Positions 26,281 to 40,465 of a stretch of DNA of 64,000 nucleotides are shown here, piece after piece. Position numbers and translations under genes: made by a program. Every line of letters begins with the position of its first letter. Positions within the stretch are counted from its first letter, which is position 1. The notes beneath the pieces are model-generated. The model was not told the DNA's origin, searched no databases, and saw only the letters and a program-made list of their open reading frames with translations. This DNA is from Octopus sinensis (Eukaryota). The stretch is taken from positions 4,464,001 through 4,528,000 of the forward strand of contig NC_043018.1 in NCBI RefSeq assembly GCF_006345805.1, given 5' to 3'.

Positions 26281-26496
26281 CCCTTTAGCATTCAGATTAT
26301 TCTGTGAAATGTAATACTTTTGTGCATTCACATTATTTTGAATTACTCATGTATTTATCTTGTAGCTTTCAGATTTCAATCATGTGACTGTTTATGTTTA
26401 GAATGGCATTGTTGGATAGGTGTGAGAGGCCAGATCTGGCCAGTTTGAACATAAAACAGGAAGAATATTTGGGCTGGACATGACCTATTTAAAGGG
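26281..26496. mobile_element. piggyBac-like MITE
   Basis: TTAA-CCCTTTA...TAAAGGG-TTAA. Degraded relatives at ~33530-33745 and ~34517-34570. Confidence 0.75.
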
Positions 26497-27619
26497 TTAA
26501 ACTCTTGACCCTTGCTTCACTTTGTAACATCTGCTAATTAATTGTGTGTGTGTTTTGCTCTTGAGCTTAGAGGAGCTGAGACTGTTGTAATGGTAAATAA
26601 AAAAAAAAGGCAGGATGAGGGGGAGACAGTGCATCGGCGGACCAATGGCTATAGTATATTGATGAGTGAGTCATCATAAATTTGCTAAACAGCTTTCTTT
26701 TAGATGTGGTCTAGTGCTCTACAATGTGTGTGTAGCAACCAAACCATCTCCTGTCCAACATAACAATTAAAACTACCCTGCCACAGCATAAACATTCCTG
26801 TTGCTTATCGTTTTGGTAGCTTTTACTGGCAGTTGAAGAGGAGTGGGTTTATCAAACTGGTTTCTCTGCTTTTATGTTAATCCTTCATTGTTGAGCATAT
26901 TTTCAAAAGCATTTCATTACTACATCATTAACACTTCCATTGCTAGCATAACAATTATTTGTGTTTCACCAAACAATATAGATTGTAATCTATGATGGGT
27001 AGGTAAACATCTTTGGTTTTATTGAATGTGGATGCAAATCAGGAACTAAACTCCCATCATATCAAGTCTCTTTAGCAAACTTTATTCACACCCACGGAGA
27101 GAGGGTGGCTTAATCAGAGAAGGGAGAGGCAATACCCATCATTTTTGCCAGCCTAGCAGGGAAGAAGTAATCCTTGGATGAGAAACTTGGTCTGAATAGT
27201 TGCTAGTGTGTATTCTGGTGCAAACAACCAAGGACCAGACAGTAGTATTAAATCTGCCAGATGATGGACTAAATATACCAACCTTAACCCTGCCATGCTG
27301 TATTCCTGCTATAAGAGGAATGGATTAGACATAATCTCAGCCAGATTCCGAGTAAAGCGGTCATGGACAACACACAAAGAAAAGGACAATGAAACCAATT
27401 CTTTCCATTAGTTTGCCTGCAATCATTACTCTTGAGCTGTATATGCAACTGTTTATTATTATTATTATTTGTTTTTTTGCTTGGAAGCCTAGATGGAGGA
27501 TAAAGTTAGGCATAGGAGCCAAGATCTGAGAGAGTTAAATTAAGGTCATGTGGTTTCTCTATGGCTGCAAGTGTTATACTGGATAAAATAAAAGACATTG
27601 CTTCATTTTCTTTAGTCAT

Positions 27620-27915
27620 TACACCTCCTTGGCATTCAAAGACCACATCTCATACCAGGTATGAACATTGCAGTTCATACACAAACATTATACAGTGTAG
27701 GTCCTTCACTCTGAAAGAGAAACCTTATTGTAGCAACTATGTTTTCAGAACATCCTCCACCACTTCTAATTAGGTTACCTACATAACAGAAGCTATCTAA
27801 TATCTCCAGGGGTTCTCCTGGCCAGTTGGGAACATCGATTTCTCATGGACTCTTATTGCACCAGTGCATCTTCCACATACAGAAATCTAAATATGCAACC
27901 CAACCACATTTCAGA
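27620..27915 (-). mobile_element. Old degraded RTE ORF fragment (post-RT region)
   Basis: Minus strand reads CGRCTGAI...LEILDSFCYVGNLIRSGGGCSENIVATIR...FSFRVK...EMWSL with stops and frameshifts. Confidence 0.65.
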
Positions 27916-28889
27916 GGTTATTTTAGTAGTAAAAAAGAGTTGTACCAAAAACATAGTTTATTTGGTAGCCTTTATATATATCTCTTATTATATATATATA
28001 TAGATAGATAGATAGAAAGATGATAAGCAGCTTTCTGTATCATACAACAAATGTGAAACATTACTTTCATTATTCACACATCATCTATCTCATAATGCAA
28101 CACTTTGTAATTTTGGTTAAAATTGAAAATGTGAAACTATTTTCACTTTCTAATGAAACCTGGTCGTTATAGAGCAGTGTCTTTCAAATAACTCAAGTTG
28201 GTTGTTGAGATAATGTAGAAAATATGTAAATGAAAATTAAAGTCTGTTTGATGGCCGAAAGATTAATGAATCTTTTGATACCCCATATGTGAAAATCGGC
28301 AACTCAATTTACAAGTGCATAAAGAACATACGCGCACACACACACACACACACACACAGACACACACAAACTCTCTTTTATAAATATAGATTTACTGTTT
28401 CCTTCCTCCATACAGCGTATTTCAACTGTATTTTCAGTTTGACAACAACCAATCCTTCAAGAAGATGAAAGAAAATCTGGCTTTGTGAGGAACACTGGCA
28501 CCAGCAAAACACAAGTTTACATTAGCTTAAAGCCTGACTTAAGTATTTTCATTTATATAACAAAGGTCTATGTTTAGAGTGCTAAATGGCTTTAAACATC
28601 TGCTACTTTATACGCACATACGTAAATACATACATAAATATATATATACATATGTATGCATGTGTGTGTGTGTGTATATTATCAGTCATAATCATCATCA
28701 TCATTTAATGTCCGCTTTCCATGCTGGCATTGGTTGGACAGCTTGACAGGAACTGGCAATGCCAGGGCCCACACAGGTTCCATAATCTGTTTTGGCTTGG
28801 TTTCTACAACTGGAAACCCTTCCTAACATCAAACACTTTACAAAGTGTACTGAGTGCTTTTTATATGGCACTATCACTAGCACTTTTTA

Positions 28890-29320
28890 CAAGGTAGTAT
28901 CAAAAAGTTCCCAGACTAGTTCTGTAGTGTGCCAACAGATGGCAGCACATGGTTGCAGTCACAGTGAGAGATAGCAGTAACCTTCATGAGGCAGTGTGCT
29001 GAGTAACATCACTGTGTTCATTTCACAAGTTTTGAAATTTGTATTTTTGTGATCATGTGTGTGCAATTTCTGTCATGAGCAGGAAGTTGGAACTAAGAGC
29101 CAACGTGAAATTTTGTATTCAACTTGAGAAGTCAGCTACAAAGACATTGAGCCTGCTTCAGAAAGCTTATGACGATGAGGCAATGGGTCATACGCAATGT
29201 TCTGAGTAGCACAGGTACTTCAAAAAGCACAACAGAGCTGCAGCTCAATCAGTAGCAGGTTCATCATTTTTTTTCAACATCCATGGTATTGTGCTTTGAG
29301 AATTCGTCCCCCAGGGATAG
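28890..29320 (+). mobile_element. Internally deleted mariner
   Basis: TA-CAAGGTAGTATCAAAAAGTTCC end; ELRANVKFCIQLEKSATKTLSLLQKAYDDEAM... then FFNIHGIV..EFVPQG. Confidence 0.75.
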
Positions 29321-29455
29321 ATATATATCAGTTATGAAATAAATATATTTGTTACTCTATGTCATTTTTATAATCCAAGATGCTACCATTTAGAATGTGT
29401 CCTATCATTATGGTCCACCCTGTATTTTATATATATATATATGCCTGTGTGTGTG

Positions 29456-29539
<84 letters not shown>

Positions 29540-29667
29540 CGGGAAGCTTTATGAAAATAGACAAAAGACGAAGGCAGGTTTACGAAAATAAACAAAAGAC
29601 GAAGGCAGGTGGAATACAAACAAACAATTGTATTAGTATGGCGCTCAGGAAATATAAATAAAACAAG

Positions 29668-29705
29668 TCTTTAACGTTTCGAGCCTATGCTCTTCAACAG
29701 AAAGA
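29668..29705 (-). ncRNA. Ultra-minimal hammerhead motif (CUGUUGA variant)
   Basis: TCTTT-CTGTTGA-A-GAGC-atag-GCTC-GAAAC-GTT^AAAGA. 5-bp stem I, no loop 3, palindrome AACGTT. Confidence 0.65.
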
Positions 29706-29894
29706 TACACCGAGAAAAAACACAGAAAGAAGGAGATAATAACAACAAAAGAATGAGACCTCAATATTAGAGAAATAGAGGATTATTTATATATGTCATA
29801 ATTTAGAACAAACAGTAAAAGGCTGTCATTATAGTACTCAGAGTTTCAAATGTTTGTTCTAAACTAATAACATATATATATATATATATATATA

Positions 29895-30647
29895 ATTATA
29901 TACATATGAGAGGGATGAACACTTTGTGGACAACCCTTATGCTAGAAGTAGATCCACTATGGTCTTACCACTAAGAAATGTTTTCAAGAAAAATTTAGCA
30001 AACATCAGAATGTAATCGAGCAAGACAAAAGAAAAGCAACAAAAATATGGATTATTCACATACATGTTTCACTATTAACATATTACGTAATTTTACTTAC
30101 GCAATTTGTCTGTAGATCTTCGGTGTGACCATCCAAACAAATATAATTTGCAGAACTATATACTAGGACATCCGCACAAAGTCAGACTTGTATATATCTG
30201 TACTTATTACACTCGTGGTTACTATTCAAATGTCTTCATTTTGGCATGCTAAATTACCGGAAAAACAATACTGCAGAAAATAATTTACTGCAGTGGCTTT
30301 TGCCGATTAGAGAACATGAATAGTAACGTGTGTAATAGGTAGAACTATATAGAAGTCCGACTTTGTGCGGACGTTCTAGTATATAGTTCTGCAAATTACA
30401 TTTGTTTGGACGGTCACACTGAAGATCTACGGACAAATTGCATAAGTAAAATTATGTAATATGTTAATAGTGAAACATGTATGTGAATAATCCATATTTT
30501 TGTTGCTTTTCTTTTGTCTTGCTCGATTACGTTCTGGTATTTGCTAAATTTTTCTTGAGAACATTTCTTAGTGGTAAGACCATAGCGTATCTACTTCTAG
30601 CATAAGGGTTGTCCACATAATGGTCATCCCTCTCATATGTATATAAT
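29895..30647. repeat. Long inverted repeat (arms 29895-30228 and 30317-30647)
   Basis: ~330-bp arms are reverse complements with scattered, mostly transition mismatches; ~88-bp spacer. Confidence 0.92.
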
Positions 30648-31145
30648 ACAATTTACTGAATCTTCATATTTTTATATGCTAGACGACTGATGTGAAATTG
30701 ATGTTAATTAAATTAATATCCAATTTCTCACCTTCATTTTAAATTTATATATATATAATGGTAGAAAGAAACTTGGGGAGAGCATAACAACAGGTGTTTC
30801 GGCCCCTAACTCCTGACATTCTAGTGGGGTCAGGTCACATCCGAGTCATGACTTCTGGATGTCCACCTGCTGTCCATTTAGTACGCTTTAGGTGGGATTG
30901 GTGTCTCTGGTTTCTAGCACTGCTGTGACGTGTGCTCTGACCCTGAGAAGGGCTAAGTACCCATTTCCAGCTGGGTGAGCGCTCGGACGACCCAGGTGTG
31001 AAGGTACTTTTTTCCTCACAGTGCCATATATATATATATATATAGTCAATCCAAACAAGAACAAGCAAGGAAAAACAACAACACGAGGATGTAGTACAAG
31101 TACCGCATTTTTGGGCGCTCAGGAAAGGAAAGAAAAGAAAGAGGA

Positions 31146-31180
31146 GTTCATGTTTCGAGCGGAGCTCTTCATCAGAAATA
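31146..31180 (-). ncRNA. Hammerhead core with degenerate cleavage triplet
   Basis: CTGATGA-A-GAGC-tcc-GCTC-GAAAC-ATGAAC; downstream TTTCCTGAGCGCC shared with the 29.7 kb family. Confidence 0.55.
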
Positions 31181-32327
31181 TAGAAAATATCCAAAGAAGG
31201 GAAGACGGAGAAAGAAAATTGCCAACGATACACATGAAATGACCGGAAGGGAATGGGTGAAGAAAAAGTTCTATCTAAGATAGGAGAGTGCAAGAGAAGG
31301 AGATTTGTGTGGGTATATGTGCACAGGTCAGTATGTGTGTGTATAAAGATAGCACGTGTATATGCATATGCATGTGTGTGTGTGTGTGTGTGTGGTTGTG
31401 GCTGTTTATGTATCTGTGTGGTTGAACTTAGTGTCGTTTAATGTCATAGGAAGAATTTAAAGTAAGAATTTTGGTAGGAGTGGCTGTTTGTTGTGAGTCT
31501 CCCTTCACGTGTGCATAGAATGGTGTTTAACTGGTAGCTTGAAGTAGGTGCATGTGTGCGTGTGTGTGTCCATGTATGTATAATTGTGTGTGTGTATGTA
31601 TGTGTGTTGTGTGTGTATGGGAGGTATGTGTGGGTTCCTTTGCATGTGTTGTGTGTGTGTGTGAAACTAGCGCACACACTCGGATTCCTCTACTCGATTT
31701 TCAATACCTCCCCCGAAGGAATACAAATCTCAGAAGATGCTCAGATAAGAAGTTTTGTCTTTTCAACCTTGTTCATCTACTCCTCTATCTCTGCAAAGAT
31801 CATAAACCCCTTATTAGTTCTAGTTTCTTCCCCCTCGTCTTCAGCTGATGCATATCTGTTAATCATCACATACTTATTTAGTCAAGCTTATCACATCGTA
31901 ACTCATCTCTCTAAATTTGTCACAGATTGTTTGACCAAAAATTCTAAAATTGTTCAATTCTATTTCACTATTATCAGCATTTACTGTTTCATTAAATTAT
32001 GTTACACAAAATCACAAAGAATAGTTTTCTCCTTCGTGTTCTATGCTTGACCAAGTTGATTCAATATAGGGATAATGAATTTTAAAAAAAAATTCTGTTG
32101 GCTTGCCTTCTTCGATTTCAGCACGACGTGTATTCATGGTGAATGTATATTGTAATGTGGTGATTGACGATTTAAAGTCTATTCTCAGCATATTGGCATA
32201 GAAATCTTTTTTTCTTTTGCCCTTGTTAATAATTGTTTATAATTTTCACCTTTAAAGGTATTTTAATAGGCTGGCCACTTTGATGAAATTTTTTTGGGAA
32301 AAAATTTTATCCTATATTAGAAGTATA

Positions 32328-32377
<50 letters not shown>

Positions 32378-34843
32378 GGCTGCGCCCTTGTTATCGAGTA
32401 TGGCTATTGCACGAAGCTTAACTGTTACTGGTGCCGTGATCGAATGTGACTTTTTAGCCCAGCTAAAGATCTACAATGATATACACACACACACACACAC
32501 ACATATATGCATATATATTTTATGTGTGTGTGTGTGTGTGTTCCTTATTCCAACCCAATTATTCTAAGCAAGAGAAGACTCAAGCTATTGGCAATAACCA
32601 ACTTCTATATTCATGAAAGTAAACAATATTCCTTAGAGACATGATTGGTTGAAAAGCAGGTAATAATAATTAACCAGATGCATGCTCCATTAATTAACAA
32701 GCTGCACTTGCTGCAAAACAGATCGATTCTATGACAAGAATGGAAGAGGAGGGTGCAATATGCTAACAAAAGCCTCAGTAAAAGAGTCAAAGAAACATCA
32801 GAACTTTTACTAGTTAAGCAGTTTTTATGGCTGTGTTTCATCCTCTACAGCAGAGTGTCACTCGTCAAATGACAGGTAATTTTGGAAGTGTATATACTTT
32901 TGCAACCAAAATATGGTAGAACACACACATTAATTAAAATTCATACTTTTTTGAAAATTTTTGTTGCTTATACAAAATGAAGTGAATAATTAATTATCAA
33001 AAGAAAAATATTTACAACCTTGAATTATTCTATTGATCTCTTTTGCCAAACTGCCGGGTTACACTGGTTGTCAAGTGGTGGGGGGGGGACAAACACACAC
33101 ACACACATGACAAGCTTCAGTTTCCTTCTACAAAATCCACTCACAAGGCTTTATTTGGCCCAAAGTTATAGTAGGAGACACTTGCCAAAGGTGCCACAGA
33201 GTGGGACTGAACCTGGAATTACGTGGTTGGAAAACAAGTTTCTTACCACACAGCTACTCAGCAGGCATCTTTCAGTTTCCATCTGGCAAATCCAAACTAT
33301 AGTTGAAAACACTTGCCCAAGGTGCCATGCAGTGGGACTGAACCTAAAAGCCTTATAACTGCACCTATACATTATATAGGAGCAATCATTTTATCTCTAT
33401 GATTCTCTCTCACTGTCTGTCCTTCAAGGTCATCCTTACTTTTAACCCCTCCAAGATTTATAAAATGAAGGACCAGTTAGATACGTACTTCGATGTACTG
33501 AACTCCCAACAGCAGCTAACTTTCTGTTTAACTTTTTAGGATTCGGATTATCAAATGTAATGCTTACTTAATTAGGCTGTTTTAAATTAATCATGCATTA
33601 TCTCGTAGATTTGAGATTTTGATGATGTGATTGCTTATTTTTGGAGTGACATTGTAGGATAAGTGTGAGAGGCTGGATCTGGATGGTTTCAATATAAAAC
33701 ATGTGGAATATTTTGACCAGATATGGCCAGTTTAAATGCTAAAAGATTCATTACAATCGTTAACTGTTGTTGTTGTTATTAGGAAGATGGTTAGCTGGCA
33801 GAGACATTAGCATGCCAGGCAAAATGCTTAGTGGCATGTCATCCGTCCTAACATTCTGAGTTCGAATTCCACCAAGGTCTACTTTGCCTTTCATCCTTTC
33901 AGGGTCAATAATAATAAGTACCAGTTGAGCCTTGGGGTTGATGTAATCTCTTGCCCCCTCCCTTGAACTAGATGGTCTTATGCGAAAATTTGAACTTGTT
34001 GTTAATGTTACCATCATCATTATTATTATTATTATTATTATTAACTAAATGAAGAAGTGGACTGAAATAGAATACCAGAGTGCAAAATGTTGTGTGGTAG
34101 TAAAGGACATCACCATACATACTGTGTTCAAACCCCAGAAATGTAGATAAAATTGAACGACAGAGTCACGAAGCACAAATGTTACACTACAACAGGTGAA
34201 ATAGTCGGCATAGAAAAAGAATTTTAAATATGTTAATTAAATATAACAATATACTTTCAAAATATAAAGAACAGAGCTTAATCTAATAAAGATTAATTTC
34301 AGTAGCAGTAATTTAATTGCTAACATCTTTTCTCATTAAGCTATTGACACTTGTTTTTGTTTCTATTTGCTTTTTTTCTTTAATATTTTTGCCATCTCTG
34401 ACATCATCAGCAGTAGCAGCAATGTTGTTTGAATGTCCATTACGTGTGTATGTGTGTGCGTGTGTGTGTGTGTGTGTACATGCGGGGACGTGCTTATAGT
34501 TTCCTGGCCTTTCTATTAAACCCTTTAGCATTCAAATTACACTTTTTCGAATGTAATGTATATTTATTCACAGCAGAAGAGTTACGGTTGCTTGCCCAGA
34601 TGAAGAAGGATTGGCCTGCAAGAGCAGCTCTGTGCCAGCACCACATAAAAGGTACTCATGCGGGTACCACACTGAAAGAGCACTCAAGGCACCAAACACC
34701 AACTGTAAAGTGATTGGCATTAGAAAGGGCATCCAGTCATACAAACCTAATGCAGCTCTCTGGCTTGCCAGCTCTGGTCAAACCATCCAACCCATGCCAG
34801 CATAGAAAACAGATGTTAAAGGATGATGATGATATACACACAG

Positions 34844-34889
<46 letters not shown>

Positions 34890-35568
34890 TCATCATCGTT
34901 TAACGTCCGCTTTCCATGCTAGCATGGGTTGGACGATTTGACTGAGGTCTGGTGAACCAGATGGCTGCACCAGACTCCAATCTGATCTGGCAGAGTGTCT
35001 ACAACTGGATGTCCTTCCTAACGCCAACCACTCCAAGAGTGTAGTGGGTACTTTTATGTGCCACCAGCACGAGGGCCAGTCAGGCGATACTGGCAACAGC
35101 CATGCTCAAATGGTGTTTTTTATGTGCCACCGGCACGGAGGCCAGTTTGTTGCTCTGGCAGTGATCACGTTCATATGGTACTCTTAGCACTCCACTAGCA
35201 CGGATGCCAGCCATCAATTTTGATTTTGATTTCTCTTGCCTCAACAGGTCTTCGCAAACAGAGTTTAGTGTCCAATGAAGGAAAGGTACACATAAGTGAG
35301 CTTGTTACACCCCTGGCATTGGCTACGAGGTTATGGTCTCACTTGGACTTGCTGTGTCTTCTCAAGCACAGCATATTTCCAAAGGTCCCAGTCACTAGTC
35401 ATGTATATATATATCTTTTTATCACTCTATCTTTTATTTGTTTCAGTCATTAGACTGTGGCCATGCTGGAGCACAGACTCAAAGAATTTTTAGTCAAGTG
35501 AATCAACTCCAATACTATTGTTAAATCCACAAGTTTTTTATTCTCTCTCTGTTTATTTTCCCTTATTC

Positions 35569-35604
35569 CTTTCTGTTGAAGAGCGTCGGCTTGAAACGTA
35601 AAAG
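35569..35604 (+). ncRNA. Ultra-minimal hammerhead motif (CUGUUGA variant)
   Basis: CTTT-CTGTTGA-A-GAGC-gtcg-GCTT-GAAAC-GTA^AAAG; same family as the 29.7 kb copy, inserted within a family B SINE. Confidence 0.65.
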
Positions 35605-38600
35605 ACTTCTTCATTTCCCAAGCATCAAACTAATACATCTGCTTGTTGTTCATACACCTGTCTCCATCTTTTGTTTTTCTTCAAATTTCAAGTATTACCT
35701 TTTAAAGCCTGGTACTTATTCTATCAGTCTCTTTTGTTGAACTGCTAAGTTACAAGGATATAAACCAACACTGATTTCTAAGCAGTGGTGGGGGACAAAC
35801 ACAGAGAAACACACACAAATATGAGGGAGTTTTTCAGTTTGCGTCTACCAAATTCACTCACAAGGCTTTGGTTGGCCCAAGGCTATACTAAGAGGCACTT
35901 GCCCAAGGTGCCACACAATGGGACTGAAACTGGGACCATATGGTTGGGAAGTAAGCTTTTTATCACACATCCATGCCTATGCATATAGATACATGTATAC
36001 ATACATACATACATACATACATACATTGTTTGTTTATTATCTTTAACTTGAAGGGTTTAGTTAAATAAATCAACATCAGTACTTGTTTTTTGTGTGTCTG
36101 TGTGTGTGTGTATGTATATATATATATCTATATATATATATATATATCATCATCATCATCATCGTCGTTTAGCGTCCGTTTTCCATGCTAGCATGGGTTG
36201 GACGGTTCTACTGGGGTCTGTGAAGCCAGAAGGCTTCATCAGGCCCAGTCAAATCTGGCAGTGTTTCTACGGCTGGATGCCCTTCCTAACGCCAACCACT
36301 CCGTATATATATATCATTGCATAAAACTGTACAAAAATCTGTTTAAATATTTTGTGTATAGAAAAAGTATAACGAATTTATTGCAGATAAATTTTAACAG
36401 CAAAATCTTATGTGCACCCCCACCCCACTAAGGGTCATATGAACCCTGAAAGATCATATGGAGCCCAGGTGAGAACCATTGCTTTCATAGGTTGCCTCTT
36501 AATATATTTCACTACAAAACAGAATCATTTAAAACTAAGCCAGACTTACATCAATTTAGAATAAAACAAAACTTGTTACAAGATTACTTTTGAAGTGAAT
36601 ACAAAAATCCCTTACATGGTTGCTCTATTTCATTACTAGAAATAGGAGTCAAATCATTCTTAAATCACACCCTACCATCTTAGTTAAAAGGGAAAGAAAA
36701 CATTGACATTATGTCTGAAAAAGTTAATTAAAAGACAGGATGGGAAACCTGTGATCAAGCAGTTAGCTCAGTCAAAATCTCTGGATGCTGCCCCAGGAAG
36801 TGAACAGCTGATAGGAACATTGAAAAGGAGTCAACTCTGCAACTATTGTTCATAAAAGGCAATAGAACTGACTACAAAGTACATAAGTGGCCAATCCTAT
36901 ACTATGACCAAATGTCCTGAAAATATATTATATATATATCATATATATATGTATTTATTTTGAAAATTCTTGACGTGAAATCATGTGTTGAAACGATATT
37001 ATTATACTTGGGGATGGTCGTCTTTTGCCATTGTGTGTGTTTAATCATCAAAAGATGGCCACGCACAATACTGTTATGTATGACAGTATTATATAAATAT
37101 ATATATATATGTGTGTGTGTGTGTGTCGCTGGACATTGGCAAACTTCTTCTTTTCTGCTTCTCCCTTGGCTATGCATACCTGTTGTCCAGTCTCCCTTCT
37201 GGCTATCTGGTACAGTTCCCTGCTACCTCCACTCTTCCAGGCCTGTTTCTTTGCTCTTTGTTGGTTTTTGTGTGTGTGTGTACATTTATCTTTTATCTTT
37301 TATTTGTGTCTGTCATTCGACTGTGGCCATACTGGGGCACCACCTTGAAGAATTTTTAGTCAAATGAATTGACCCCACTATTTATTATTCTGACACTTAT
37401 TCTATCAGAGTCTTTTGCCAAACTGCTAAGTTACAGGGATGTAAACACACCAACACCTGTTGGGGACAAACACACACACATACACACACACACACATACA
37501 TAACATATATATGATGGGCTTTTTTCACTTTCCGTCTAGCCATAGGCTATAGTAGAAAACACTTGGCCAAGGTGCCATGCAGTGGGGCTGGGCTTGGACC
37601 CATGTGGCCAGGAAGCAGTCATGCCAGCACCCAGACTATCCACGCTCGTATTATGTTTCTGTATTAATACATATTGCATAAAGTATTTATACATGTGTGT
37701 TTGTATAGATGTGTGTGAGTATGCATGCATGCATGCATGTGTGTGTGTGTGTGTGTGTGCATGTTGTTGTGCAAGCCAGTCTATAAATGTACATATTACA
37801 TTCTCTTCTTTACAAAAATCTTGGTAGATAAATTTTTGTAAAATGCAGATTAAATAAAACTAAAATTTAGTTTAAGAAAAAAACCCCACAAAAACATCCA
37901 CCTACCTATCCCACCCCCCACACTATCGCCACCACCCTCCCACGCATAATACCTGGCAACTGGCAGCACAAAGTCATTAAGGAATGAGCAACATGGATCA
38001 TAAACATATGGCATGTCTGTTATCTTTTACCTGTTTCAGTCATTAGACTGTGGCCATGCTGGGGCACCACCTTAAAGAATTTTTAATTAAATGAATGACT
38101 GCAGAACTTGTTTCATTTTTTTTGTTTTTGTTTTTAAACCTGATACTTATTCTTTTGGTCTCTTTTGCCAAACCACTAAGTCACAGGGATATGAAACTAC
38201 CAACGCTGGTTGTCAAATGGTGATGGGGGACAAACACACACACACACACACACATATATCAATGACAGGATTCTGTCAGTCTTTCAGTTTCCATCTACCA
38301 AATCCACTCACAAGGCTTTGGATGACCCAAACCTATAGTTTGCCAAAGGTGCCATGCAGTGGGACTGAGCCTGGAACCATGAGTTTAGGAAGCAAATTTC
38401 TTACCACACAGCCATTCCTGCAGATGTGTGTGTGTGTGTGTGTGTGTCGCTTAAGACTGGTCATAATGAGAATATGAAACATGACAGCAATTGTATTTTG
38501 TCAGAGATATTTAGGAGAGATAAATGAAACTGATGATTTTGTTTTGTTTTTGTTTTGCTTTGTTTTGTTTTTTTAAATGTGTTCACCAAACGACAAATGG

Positions 38601-38956
38601 CTAATTCATATTTTCACCAAATAACAATAATAATGATCGTTTCTACAATAAACACAAAACCTGAAACTGGGTGTGAGGTGGGCTAGCCAGTTAAATCAAC
38701 CCTAGTGTTTAAATGGTACATACTTTACTAACCCCCAAAACAATGAAAAATGGAGTTGGCCTTGCGAGATTTTGTACTCAGAATACCAAAAGAGATAGTG
38801 ATAGGCACTAATTCTGCCAGTTTGCCACCTAAATAATAATAATAATAATAATAATAGTCCTTTCTACTATAGACAGAAGGCCTGAAATTTGTAGGGAGAG
38901 GCTATTCAATGCCATCAACCCCATTATTTAACTGGTACTTATTTCATTAACCAAAT

Positions 38957-39500
38957 TCGACGACTGGCATCCGTGCTAGCGGGGTGCAAAGAGCACCATA
39001 CAAGGGTGATCATTGGCAGAGCGGCTAACCGGCTTCTGTGCCAGTGGCACATAAAAGGGCACCATTCAAGTGTGATCATTACCAGTGTCACCTTACTGGT
39101 ACTTGTGCCCATGCTGGCAGGGTGCCAAGAGCACCATCCAAGTGTGATCATTGCCAGAGCAACCAACTGGCTCCATGCCGGTGGCACATAAAAGGGCACC
39201 ATTCGTGTGTGATCGTTACCAGCATTGCCTTACTAGCACCTGTGCCGGTAGCATGTGTAAAAAGATTTGAGTGAGGTCATTGCTAGTACCGCCTGACTGG
39301 CTCCCGTGCCGGTGGCACGTAAAAGCACCCACTACACACTTGGAGTGGTCGGCGTTAGGAAGGGCATCCAGCTGTAGAAACACTGCCAGATCAAGATTGG
39401 AGCCTGGTGCGGCCATGTGGTTCATCAGCCCTCAGTCAAAATCGTCCAACCCATGCTAGCATGGAAAGCGGACGTTAAACGATGATGATGATGATGATGA
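38957..39500 (+). mobile_element. RTE 3'UTR-derived insertion with tandem subrepeats, nested inside a SINE
   Basis: Repeated GTGCCGGTGGCACATAAAAGGGCACC...GTGTGATCATT units, RTE tail CCAACCCATGCTAGCATGGAAAGCGGACGTTAAAC(GAT)n; host SINE resumes at ~39500. Confidence 0.75.
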
Positions 39501-39930
39501 AAGGACGAAAGGCAAAGTTGACCTTGGCAGAATTTGAACCCAGAATGTGTCACTAAGCACTTTGCCCACTGTGCTAACAGTTCTGCCAGCTCACCATCTT
39601 GGTTTAAAATTTGGGCACAAGGCCAGCAATTTTAGTGGGGTGGGGTAAGTCAATTACATCAACCCCACTGTTCAGATGGTACTTATTTTATCAACCCTGG
39701 AAGGATGAAAGCCAGAGTTGACTTCATGTGAACTCAGAATGTAAAAAATGGATGAAATGAAATGCTGAGCACTTTGCCCAGTGTGCTAAGGATTCTGCCA
39801 GCTTGCTACCTTGATGATGATGATGATGATGATGATGACGATGACGATGATGATGATGATGATGATGATGACGATGACGATGATGACGATGATGATGATG
39901 ATGATGATGATAATAATAATACCCAGTGGA

Positions 39931-40100
39931 AGTGTTACCAATGGTTTGCCTCCTTGGCGCAGCCAAAATAATCAAGAAAGTATCAGATAGCTGAAAAGAA
40001 TGGATAGCATGGTCCCGTAGGCTGCAGACAGCAAGCCTGCTATGCATGAAGGACTCCAGGAGTTACAACAAAACCTGAGATGAAAAGAATAAACAATAAT
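39931..40100 (+). mobile_element. Short 3' fragment of an R4/Dong-like element
   Basis: PVEVLPMVCLLGAAKIIKKVSDS* matches the C-terminus of the 1.4-2.8 kb element and begins directly after an (AAT)n run. Confidence 0.65.
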
Positions 40101-40362
40101 AGAAGAAGAAGAAGAACTGTTTATGATTTCGGAGAAGACTTAGCAATTTTGAGAGGAGGGGGAGGGTCAGTTGATGCTATTAACCTCCGTTCTTGACCAG
40201 TATCTTATTTTATTGACTAAAGAAAAAAAAAAGGCAAAGTCGCCCTCAGCAGGATTTGAAACCAGAACATAATGAATCAAGAGAAATAGCACCAAGCATT
40301 TTGTCTGATGCTCTAACAATTTTGCCAACTTAAAAGAACAAGGCTAGCAGTTTTGACGGGTG

Positions 40363-40465
40363 GGGACATGGGTTCTAGTCTCAGTGGGTAGGGACATGGG
40401 TTCTAGTCTCAATGGGTAGGGACATGGGTTCTAGTCTCAATGGGTAGGGACATGGGTTCTAGTCT
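40363..40465. repeat. 28-bp minisatellite, ~3.7 copies, inside a SINE
   Basis: GGGACATGGGTTCTAGTCTCARTGGGTA units start at 40363, 40391, 40419 and 40447. Confidence 0.9.

Noticed and set aside
30415-30450. CTGAAGA-TCtacgGA-CAAA inside the long inverted repeat, and partial cores at ~30790-30850 and ~53068-53093
   Set aside because: Too many core changes and no clear stem I; not counted as hammerheads.
31444-32200. ORF 31556-32050 and possible LINE remnants on the minus strand
   Set aside because: Partly (TG)n-derived; the remainder has stops and no motif I can assign confidently.
40363-40465. 28-bp direct repeats, CRISPR-like in length
   Set aside because: Contiguous units with no spacers, eukaryotic context, inside a SINE: a minisatellite.
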